Of a stretch of DNA of 22,827 nt, positions 9,566-18,784 are shown piece after piece. The notes beneath the pieces were generated by a model. That model was not told where the DNA came from and did not search any database. It saw only the letters and a program-made list of their open reading frames with translations. The position numbers and the translations under genes are program-made. Numbering within the stretch: position 1 is the stretch's first letter; each line of letters starts with the position of its first letter. The stretch covers positions 1 to 22,827 of the forward strand of contig NW_003314390.1 in NCBI RefSeq assembly GCF_000143415.4, read 5' to 3'. The stretch comes from Selaginella moellendorffii (Eukaryota > Plantae > Lycopodiophyta).

Positions 9566-10155
9566 GACAAGCTTTACTTTATCACGATCACAAAGAACAA
9601 CACCAGATCGCTCAAGTGTGTCAACGTGTGGGATTCACACGGCAAGGTGGCGACTTTGGCAACGTGGACGAGTCTTCCCATGGGCTTGCATCAAGAAACA
9701 TACAATGGATGCCGGAATAATAACTCCTCACTTGTTTACTGCGCGGGTAAGTTTCTTCTTTTTCTTTTGTGATTTCTACATGTTTGTGATTACTGAGTTT
9801 CAGGAAAGCTGGTGCTTGCAAACTTGATTCCAGACAGTGTCGATACACAAACCCAAGTTGGTTTTGTCTATCTGGATGAAGCATCCAGACAGTGGCAACC
9901 CTTGGCAACTATGCCTAGAGAGATTATGCCGGCAGAGCTTAAAAAGTTGGGCTGCGAGCAGGCAATATGCATGAGTGGAGTTTGATAGTGGCGGGAGGGG
10001 AGACCGAGATCACCTTGTTCATAACTCACTTAACTTTCGGTTGGGGTTGCATTTACAGTAAAGAAACCGGTATCTGGCGACCAGCTTGTGGCCTAAGGTC
10101 CGAAGGTGGTATGCTGTATCCTTTCAAGCCATCATTCCATCCAGTCTCCATTTAG
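9566..10155 (+). pseudogene. C-terminal fragment of an F-box/kelch-like protein with one intron (9747-9803)
   Basis: Spliced translation DKLYFIT...SSLVYCA/GKLVLANL...YLDEASRQWQPLATMP. After a frameshift: CIYSKETGIWRP...YPFKPSFHP*. The GTAAG...TTTCAG intron preserves frame. No 5' part is present. Confidence 0.6.
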
Positions 10156-11259
10156 TTAGAATCATCATACTCCCATTTAAAGGTGTCATGTAATTTAAGA
10201 ATGAGTATGGGAGGTGAAGAAAATTTATAAAAACTTTTTTTCCAAACGAATATCCTAAATAAATATTTATTTTTTAATACAACAATTTTTTTTTCCAAGT
10301 TTTATTGTGAGAACATTCAACACAACAGCTCCCCAAATTCACGAAGGTAATTGCCCAGATATTTCATGTCATTAAACAAAACTCCACGACCTTGCAAAAG
10401 TTCTCTTACAACCATCTTGCGACGGGCAGCCTCCAATTCATCTTCAAACGGATCTGATCGTAAGGTTCTGGCTTGGCATAGAGCAAGTTCATTTCTTATC
10501 CCCAGGTTTGTTCTTACCACCTTTTCTTGAAGAATGGATTTAAATCCAGAGCGACACTCACACTGGGCTGAAATTTGGTATTGATTTCTGTTAGAAATAT
10601 TATCTATCAAAACACACCCGATTATCAATCTCTACCAGGTAGGTACATGGCTTTTTATTTTTCTGGTACTGGTCACTTTTTCCTTCCATATCAGCCAGCT
10701 GGAGTTGTGGCTATAGAACGTATTGTGCTGAGAGAAATCTGCAGAATGCCAATGAAGTTATACAGCGTTTGCCATGGACAGTTCGATCGATAAGCTTGGG
10801 AAAGCTTGGGAAATACATTTTTCTATGGGGATGGAGTGGTTTTGCGCTGCTCTTTGTGTTTGCGTTGGAGAAAAAATTTTATGGGATGCCTCTGGTGGAA
10901 CCAAAGAGGATCTCTGCCAAAGAAGGAGATTTCGGAAGAGTCATTAGTGAGAGACATTATCAAACTCAATATCAGCCCAGCAGCACCATTGCTGGCATTT
11001 GAGTGCTCCTAAACCAAAACCAGAGCCTGGTTTAGGCTCCACCACGGTAACCATCCCGACAAGACCACCTTCGGGCACGAATTTTATCGGAAGCACAGCT
11101 TGAGAAGCAAGGGTCTTGATTTATTCTGGCGTGCTGATCTTGGTAGCATTTGTTCGATTGGCCTTAAGAATTTGAGGTCCGAACAAATCAAGAGACCTCT
11201 GGAAGTTTGGCAGTGCTCATATTATTGTTTCATCGTGTGTGAGATGGCAAAGTATACAA

Positions 11260-11395
11260 CACTCATATTCGTCGTGCTTTACTACATGCTTGGGTACTCT
11301 TGACAAACTGGATACTTTCTTCGGGTTACGTTCTTCACCACCTTTCCTATCTAAGACTAATAAGACTACAAGCTCTCTTTGATTAACATACCTGA
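11260..11395 (-). pseudogene. F-box 3' relic paralogous to the copia target site (empty site)
   Basis: ELVVLLVLDRKGGEERNPKKVSSL. A single ACAAG at 11368-11372 with no element. Confidence 0.7.
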
Positions 11396-11406
11396 CAAAC
11401 ATCCTT

Positions 11407-12661
11407 TTACAGTTTGGACACGTCGGGTATCCAAAACGCTAAAACATATGAGGCAGTCGCAAACATGAGCCTTCGCGGAGCCCATTTCACCACGGCAGGA
11501 ATTCCAGCGTTGTTCGTCCAGCACGCTACCTGGAATTCAATCAAAATAAGTCTTTTTTTTCCTCTTTTTTAGCACGAGAATTTCTCTCACCTCTGCACCG
11601 CTTAAGGAGCTCCATATTCTCAAACTTCCATCCCCGGAGCCTGAGATTCAATACTTATAGCTATCAGGAACTGATACAAACGAATGTTACCTGAGATAAC
11701 ATAGCGACCGTCTGGACTGAACGATGCTTCCAACGTTTCTCCGTCTCGACTGGGCTTGAGCGTGAATCCATGCATCTGGGAAGGAGCTCTCGGTATAGAC
11801 TTAACGAGCGAGAGAGAAGTTTACCTTCTTTCCAGAGTAGGCATCAAGCAAATACACCCGGCTGTTTGTTGTGGAGAGAAGCATCATTTTACCATCGTTG
11901 CTAAACTTCATGCCAGCGACTTCCGCGGTATCACCACCCACGAGAAAAGTGTCAAAAGGTCCCTGAAGCATTCGTTCGGACTTTCATAAAATTATTGGAG
12001 AATCAATCACATCTTACCTTGTCGAAAGACCTTCCGTCAAACAGCTTGATTGCTCCGCCTTCCATGGCAACAGCAAATACCAGGCCTTGTTGATCATACG
12101 CCACAGACAGTCTTCCCCGGACTCTAAGAAGACCCTGAAATCATGGAAATGCTCTAGCCAAAGTTCTGGAAGAAAACGCAAGAAAAGAGTTTCGTTCTTT
12201 GGAGACATACATAGTGATACAACCCTGTGAGCAAAAGAAATAAAATAAGCATGGCCTTGGGTTGCTCCAAAGACTCACCTTTGCGTGTGTCCTCTGAAAT
12301 ATCGTAGAAATCTATTATCATACAACGATAGATACCGCAAGGACTCTGGAAACAAAGAAAGAACCTCAAAGACACGAAAAACCGTTCTCTCTTACCATCA
12401 CTTCCATTGCTGGAGGAAAAAATCACAGCATTGGTATGATGCGTGAAACATATGTGATCCACGCCATATCTTGCACTGTAGAGAGTCTTCATGGGCCTGG
12501 ATGGAGCAAAGAAAAGGAAACTTGAAACCTCCCAAGAACTCGGGGGAAAAAATCACCTACGTCGCAGTGGCAGTATCGTAGAGCCGAATGGACGCGTCCT
12601 CCGCGGCAGTCACCACGAGATCCTCCGTGCGATGAAAATCCAAGGAGCTGATCTTCCCCCA
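11407..12661 (-). pseudogene. WDR82: WD40 protein WDR82/Swd2 (COMPASS/Set1 component; APRF1/S2La-like), multi-exon, probably non-functional
   Basis: Exons ~12661-12561 (GKISSLDFHRTEDLVVTAAEDASIRLYD), 12496-12396 (YGVDHICFTHH), 12345-12279 (SLRYLSLYDNRFLRYFRGH), 12224-~12188 (VVSLCMSPKNET, truncated, no donor), 12134-12018 (VAYDQQGLVFAVAMEGGAIKLFD), 11962-11825 (GPFDTFLVGGDTAEV..FSNDGK), 11775-11691 (EASFSPDGRYVISG), 11640-11591 (SGDGSLRIW), 11529-11407 (KWAPRRLMFATAS..FWIP*). Short GT-AG introns. First exon not found. Confidence 0.88.
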
Positions 12662-12935
12662 CTGTGGGACAAGATTGCTCCTGTAAGTTGATGAAAGACT
12701 TTCCATGTTTTGTTCACTCGAACGATGTAAACCGTGTGACTTGCAGGAACTTCGCACTGACGAGCAGGGCATTGCAAATTACCAAGGTCTTCCCTTCCAA
12801 ACCTCTAAAGGACCATGCAAATCAGCAATCGTCAATGGATCAATCAAATGAGAGCGCAAAGGTGATCCATATTTCGTGAGGAAAAAATATTCTATATACT
12901 TTATAATAGATCAAACTTTTCAACTATAGATTGGT

Positions 12936-15473
12936 TTATCTGGGACCAGACGGCTGGTGTGCTACCATGGCCACACTGACGCTACCACCAAGATGGTTAG
13001 TCGAAGAGAACCGAAGAACTCCCGCAGAACTCAACGCAAACCGGAAGAAGAGAGGCGGCTCCAAAATCTCCTTTCGACCTTCGAGCATCTGGACGACTGT
13101 ATCCATCGGGGGTCTTTGGCTGGGATTATCCTGGATGCACCACAGAGCTACCTGGAGCATACTTTTCACCTCGTCCTCGTCCACACTATCTCGGATCCTT
13201 GTATCCACGACTTTGAGAAACTCTCTCTTGGAGACTCGAGCTACGACCCAGGCCGGGAAGTACCACCACAAAGCTTGTTCCCCCTCGTCCATTGGAGCTT
13301 CACGACAGTCTTCTCCACCATGGCCGCCAAGCTTGGACAAGTTCCTTCGTCCACCTATGAGCTCCAGCAGCACCATACCATAGCTGTAGACGTCGCATTT
13401 CTTCGTGGCTACCGAATGTAAGAGCCACTCCGGGGCGAGATATCCTGGAGTACCTCGAACATCAGTCACGGTCTGGCTTACATCCCGAGTCTTGAGCAGC
13501 TTCGCCATGCCGAAATCGGAGAGCTTGGGACGAAACTTATCGTCTAGAAGGACGTTCTCGGGCTTGATGTCGAGATGGATAATCAGCTGCCGCGATTCCT
13601 CGTGCAAGTAAGCCAGGCCTTGAGCTACTCCCAAGGCAATATCGCGGCGGCTCTGCCAGTCCAAGCATCGATCTTCGAACAGCCACTTATCCAAGGATCC
13701 ATTCACCACGTACTCGTAGACGAGCATGAGCTGGTTCTTCTCGGAGCAAAAGCCATAGAGCTGGACAACGTTGTGGTGGCTTATCCGTCCCAGCGAGGCC
13801 ATCTCCGCCAGAAATCCCCTGTCACTCTGGTTCCGGTTCTCCAGGCGCTTGACCGCCACCTTTCTCCCGTCCGCCAGAGTCCCTTCATAGACGGTTCCAA
13901 AGCCGCCTTTACCAAGGCTCGAAGCGAAGTTCCCAGTCGCCACCTCCAGCTCCTTGTATGTATACTTCTGAGCCGAGCCTTGCAGTGCCAGAGCCAAAGC
14001 ACGCTCAACTTTGTCAAGCCTGTGCTTCCAGATCATCAGCACGACCAAGCCGAGAGCTGATAGCAGGACCACGCTCGCAGCAATGCTGACTCCAAGCAAA
14101 ACGGTGCGATCCTTGGGCTTCTTCCGCACGAAAAGCTCTGCGTTTTGCAGCTTGAGGAAGCCATCGAAGTTGGGATCCCTGGTGAGGCCTCCATACATCC
14201 GGTCGACGAAGAAACAGGTGCTCGACTGCTTGTTGTAGAAGAGTGCGGTGCAGGAGCAATTCGCTAGGCACAAGCTCCAGCACTCGCTCAAGGTGGAAAC
14301 TCTGTCGGCCTTGGTGTAATTGTTGGAGAAGTAGCCGGCTCCACTCACGTTGAGAAAGTGGTGGTTCTCGGCCTCGACTTCGTGGTTGCAAACGAGAGGT
14401 ATGCTGCTCGGACTTGGGCAAGTTTGCTCCTGATGGCCACTCTGGTCTTGGACTATACAGCTGCACTGAGCGTTCCCAGAGCAAACGCTGTTCGATTCGC
14501 ATGCCATCGGGAGGCAACCTCCAAGTCTGTTCCTCATGAACGGCGGACCCTGTTCCCACGAAGCTCGTCCGGAGTTGTAGGTGTAAGGAACCAGCTTCCC
14601 ATCGATTTCAAGTTTGAGATACTGCCGGTCATCGCTGCTGTTCCCGAGTACTGCTGTGAGAGGAGCGCTGCAGAGCTGGGAAGGGTTGCTCGTCGATGGC
14701 TGGTACGATAGTATCAGTTGGCCAGCGGAATACTCGAGCTCTGTGTGATAAGTCGGGCATGGTGCGTTGATGGAAGTCTCGTCCATTGGCAAGTTTCCAT
14801 TGTATAAGTTCCAAACCAAGTAAGGCTGTCTTGTGTCCCGGTTGAGGAAAAAGATGAGACCGCTCGGCTCAACTTCCATCTTGATGTTCCCGCTAGCAAG
14901 ACTTGATGAATTGGCGCTGCTGATAAGTCTCTGCTTAGTTACCATGACTTGTCCTTCTAAAAGGATATCTGTAGGATGGTCGAAGCTCTGCCAGGAGATC
15001 CCACCCGTGGAGTTGTAGAGGACAAAGTTCCCAGTGTCTCGAAGCTCCATCTCAGAAACTCCACCAGGAGAACTCCATACAACCTTCCCATCCCAATCGG
15101 CAACTTCCAGAGCTCCCTGACCGGTCACACGAACGGTAGCATTTTCTGTCACAGGACAGTCCCGGTTTGCAGCCCAGACGCAGACGCCAGAGTTCGTGTT
15201 GTTGCTGGAGCCAAGAACCAAAGCAAAGTAGAACTCGGCCGAGTTGTGGAATCGAAAGAAAGACAAGCCAAATCTTCCGCTCTGGCTCATGAGAGGACTG
15301 TCACCTGCTCGGAGCAGCCGATAACTGGCATTGGCCTGTGATCCTTGCAATTCCAGAAGCTGATTGTTGTTCGTTACTTCCCAGCCGTGTGATAGACTGT
15401 AGTTCCTGCCGTGCACACGAAAGAGAATTGTCATCAGCTGAAAGAAAGCGACCAAAAAAATCTTCATAGCCAT
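12936..15473 (-). CDS. G-type lectin S-receptor-like serine/threonine kinase (SD2-5-like, non-RD), RLK-A, 845 aa, intronless
   Basis: N-terminal hydrophobic signal; B-lectin (VWAANRDCPV, LRDTGNFVL, WQSFDHPTD); EGF-like Cys cluster; PAN (CWSLCLANCSCTALFY); TM segment; kinase GKGGFG, VAVK, HLDIKPEN, DFG, GTPGYLAPE, DVYSYG, RP. Confidence 0.96.
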   Translation of the reverse strand: MAMKIFLVAFFQLMTILFRVHGRNYSLSHGWEVTNNNQLLELQGSQANASYRLLRAGDSPLMSQSGRFGLSFFRFHNSAEFYFALVLGSSNNTNSGVCVWAANRDCPVTENATVRVTGQGALEVADWDGKVVWSSPGGVSEMELRDTGNFVLYNSTGGISWQSFDHPTDILLEGQVMVTKQRLISSANSSSLASGNIKMEVEPSGLIFFLNRDTRQPYLVWNLYNGNLPMDETSINAPCPTYHTELEYSAGQLILSYQPSTSNPSQLCSAPLTAVLGNSSDDRQYLKLEIDGKLVPYTYNSGRASWEQGPPFMRNRLGGCLPMACESNSVCSGNAQCSCIVQDQSGHQEQTCPSPSSIPLVCNHEVEAENHHFLNVSGAGYFSNNYTKADRVSTLSECWSLCLANCSCTALFYNKQSSTCFFVDRMYGGLTRDPNFDGFLKLQNAELFVRKKPKDRTVLLGVSIAASVVLLSALGLVVLMIWKHRLDKVERALALALQGSAQKYTYKELEVATGNFASSLGKGGFGTVYEGTLADGRKVAVKRLENRNQSDRGFLAEMASLGRISHHNVVQLYGFCSEKNQLMLVYEYVVNGSLDKWLFEDRCLDWQSRRDIALGVAQGLAYLHEESRQLIIHLDIKPENVLLDDKFRPKLSDFGMAKLLKTRDVSQTVTDVRGTPGYLAPEWLLHSVATKKCDVYSYGMVLLELIGGRRNLSKLGGHGGEDCREAPMDEGEQALWWYFPAWVVARVSKREFLKVVDTRIRDSVDEDEVKSMLQVALWCIQDNPSQRPPMDTVVQMLEGRKEILEPPLFFRFALSSAGVLRFSSTNHLGGSVSVAMVAHQPSGPR

Positions 15474-15711
15474 GAACCATGAAGCAGAATGCGCTAGCTA
15501 TTTTTGTATCTATAGAACGGGAGCGGTCCATTCACTTGACTCATTCATATTCATACTTCTTCCACTTATTCCAGTCTCGAGTACCAACTGTTACCGAAAG
15601 TTTGATTAGTCTTTGCTTGAAAAGAAGTCTAGTCTTCAAGACTTTTCCAAGTCTTGAAAGTAAGGACTTACGTCTCGTATAAGCAGGTGTTCTCAATGCA
15701 GAACGGCAGCA
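15474..15711. promoter_or_regulatory. Putative bidirectional promoter (238 bp) between RLK-A and RLK-B
   Basis: Divergent start codons at 15473(-) and 15712(+). TTGACT W-box-like motif at 15536-15541. Confidence 0.6.
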
Positions 15712-17600
15712 ATGCAAAAGCAAAAGGTTTCACAGGTTGCTAAGGCGTTGTTCCTGGAACTAATAATGCTCCTCACAGTTACTTCTGAAGGGAAGTTGTA
15801 CACGATACCTGATAAATGGCGCATTTTCATGAACAACAGTCTCCCAGAATTCCAAGGCGGTGGCAGATCCGGGAGTTATCGCCTGGTGAGTGCTCTTCCA
15901 AAGGATAACCCTTCTAGCCGGCCAGAATCTCTACGCAGCGACGATGAAAACTTGGGCTTAGCATTCCTCAACTTCAATGGATCAAACAAGTATTACCTGG
16001 CACTGATGTTTGGCACTCGCAACTCTTCCACAGCAGCTCCCGTCTGGATAGCCAACCGGAACGCTCCAGTGTCAGGAAATTCAATGCTCGCTAAAACAGG
16101 TGGTCGCTTACAGCTCCTGGATGCAAATGGTTCCGTGGCATGGTCTCCAAACGAAAGCGTTGCCTATATCGGCATTCAGAATTCCGGGAACTTGCAGCTC
16201 TTCGATGAATCTGAGACCCCGGTATGGAGTTCCTTTGATCGCCCATGGAGCGCACTGATGCCAAACCAGAAGCTAGTAACTGGACAGTCAGTTGTGAGTA
16301 ACAAAAACGCCTCAGACCCCAGCGAAGGCTCGTATATCGCAGAGATACAGGCCAGTGGATCAGTCGGATACATGAGCATCGGTTCCAAGAAAAAGCAGCC
16401 TTACATGTTGTGGAGCTTCGTCGGATCACAAATTGGCTCGCCCAGTGTAACCTGCCCAGGATTTCGAACTGCTCTTTCATTCACGCCAGCAGGAGAAATG
16501 AGCATGGTATACGAACCTATTCGTGTTGGTGGTAACGAACAGCCGTGTGGCTCTCCACTGTCCGGGGAAATATTCCCAGGGAACACCACAATGAGGTATT
16601 TCCAGCTTGCCGATGATGGGACCATGGTTTCATACAGGCGAGAGTTGGCAAATGGAAGCTGGGAGCTCGATAGCACGAGTCAGTTCTTTCCACCGCCAGC
16701 GCCATGCGGGAGCTATGGGCTGCTCGAGAAAGGAAAGCAGTGTCAGTGCCTGACCAACGAAGCAAACAACTCTACTACCTCAGCACTTGGAAGTTGTGCC
16801 CAGCCAGAATGGTCTTCTCTTGCAAACTGCAGCTCCAGGTACGAGACCGACTTTGTAACACTCGCAGGTGCATCGTACTTCGCCAACACTTTCAACCCTC
16901 CCGATAGAACAGGCGCTGCAATGCAAGATTGCCTCGAGCAATGCAAATCCACTTGCTCCTGTGCGGCGTTCTTTTTCGACCAGGCGCTCCAGAATTGCTT
17001 TTTCATAGAAGACGTCCTGGGAAGCTTGACGGTAGACTCGAACAAGACTCAGCAACTGTTCGGCTTTCTGAAGTACCAGAATTACTCCAGGTTAGTGCCT
17101 GTTGACAACTCATCGTCAGACACTCCAAAGCTCCTAGTGATCGGAATTACCTCTGCAGGAGCTGCTGTAGCCATTGTAACTTTTGCGTTGCTTTTCACGA
17201 TCCTGCATCGAAGGAGGGTCATGCTCGACGAACTAAACAGTTTCCTTACCGGTGTACAAGCTTCGCCTTACAGGTTCTCGTTCAGCAGCCTATACTCTGC
17301 AACAAAAGGATTCACAAAGGTTTTAGGAAGCGGAGGTTGCGGCACAGTGTACGAAGGAATGCTTCACAACGGGATGAAGCTGGCAGTGAAGAAACTCAGC
17401 ACACAGCATGGACAAAAGGAGTTTGTAACAGAAGTCTCGGCTCTGGGAAACATAAGCCACATCAACATTGTCAAACTCTATGGCTTCTGTGCCGATGCTT
17501 CACACAGGCTGCTCGTCTACGAGCTCATGCCCAATGGTTCCTTGGACAGATGGATTTTCTCCGACAACAAGGACAAACTGGACTGGAAACTTCGACACAG
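15712..17600 (+). CDS. G-type lectin S-receptor-like kinase (SD2-5-like) RLK-B; 3' end lies in the assembly gap
   Basis: Uninterrupted ORF: signal peptide, B-lectin (VWIANRNAPV, IQNSGNLQL, WSSFDRP), PAN (CLEQCKSTCSCAAFFF), TM segment, kinase N-lobe (GSGGCGTVYEG, LAVKKL, LLVYELMPNGSLDRW). Confidence 0.9.
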
Positions 17601-18212
17601 NNNNNNNNNNNNNNNNNNNNNNNNNNNNNNNNNNNNNNNNNNNNNNNNNNNNNNNNNNNNNNNNNNNNNNNNNNNNNNNNNNNNNNNNNNNNNNNNNNNN
17701 NNNNNNNNNNNNNNNNNNNNNNNNNNNNNNNNNNNNNNNNNNNNNNNNNNNNNNNNNNNNNNNNNNNNNNNNNNNNNNNNNNNNNNNNNNNNNNNNNNNN
17801 NNNNNNNNNNNNNNNNNNNNNNNNNNNNNNNNNNNNNNNNNNNNNNNNNNNNNNNNNNNNNNNNNNNNNNNNNNNNNNNNNNNNNNNNNNNNNNNNNNNN
17901 NNNNNNNNNNNNNNNNNNNNNNNNNNNNNNNNNNNNNNNNNNNNNNNNNNNNNNNNNNNNNNNNNNNNNNNNNNNNNNNNNNNNNNNNNNNNNNNNNNNN
18001 NNNNNNNNNNNNNNNNNNNNNNNNNNNNNNNNNNNNNNNNNNNNNNNNNNNNNNNNNNNNNNNNNNNNNNNNNNNNNNNNNNNNNNNNNNNNNNNNNNNN
18101 NNNNNNNNNNNNNNNNNNNNNNNNNNNNNNNNNNNNNNNNNNNNNNNNNNNNNNNNNNNNNNNNNNNNNNNNNNNNNNNNNNNNNNNNNNNNNNNNNNNN
18201 NNNNNNNNNNNN
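17601..18212. other. Assembly gap (612 N)
   Basis: Run of N. Confidence 1.
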
Positions 18213-18609
18213 GACATTCACATACATCACCAAAAACCCTTTAGCCCATGAGCCCTAAAATTCAAATACTAATTGAGTTTTTGCATCTTTTACTAAGGAA
18301 ATTAGTCAGGACAGAAAAAGCGTCTAAGTGCAAGTTGCCTTTGCTGGTTTTTTTTTCCAATCTCTAGCCACGACATTCCAGTCTTGAAAAGAACCTCCAA
18401 ATCTGATAAAAAAAACTAGGAGATTAAAAAAAACACTTTTGTGCATAACTCTTATTTGAGAACGTTCCGAATTTAACAGATACATTAGTGAACCAGCTCG
18501 CACAAATTCTCCTGGGATCGCTCGGCTTGTTGGCATGCAAACTTGGCTCCAACCGAATAAGATTTCCGCAAAAAAGTCTCTTTCATGTCAAGCTCAAGTT
18601 CTGGGAATC

Positions 18610-18784
18610 AAAAACAACAATCCATTTGCCCACGGTCAGAAAGGTAAGGTTTCCATGCGTACCTAGCATTGTACAGTACATAGCTGTTGTTCTTTATTAC
18701 ATGCTTGGGTACTCTTGGCAAACTGGATACTTTCTTCCAGTTCCATTCTTCACCACCTTTCCTGTCCAAGACTAAAACCACAAG
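18610..18784 (-). pseudogene. 3' part of the copia-interrupted F-box gene (copy 2)
   Basis: LVVLVLDRKGGEEWNWKKVSSLPRVPKHV. ACAAG at 18780-18784 abuts the LTR. Confidence 0.65.

Noticed and set aside
12931-15341. Multiple plus-strand ORFs antisense to RLK-A (similar antisense ORFs occur over RLK-B and pol)
   Set aside because: Shadow ORFs of coding sequence with no recognisable motifs.
17337-18258. Long ORFs spanning poly-X, including the apparent 848-aa end of RLK-B
   Set aside because: Artefacts of the N gap. The true stop cannot be seen.
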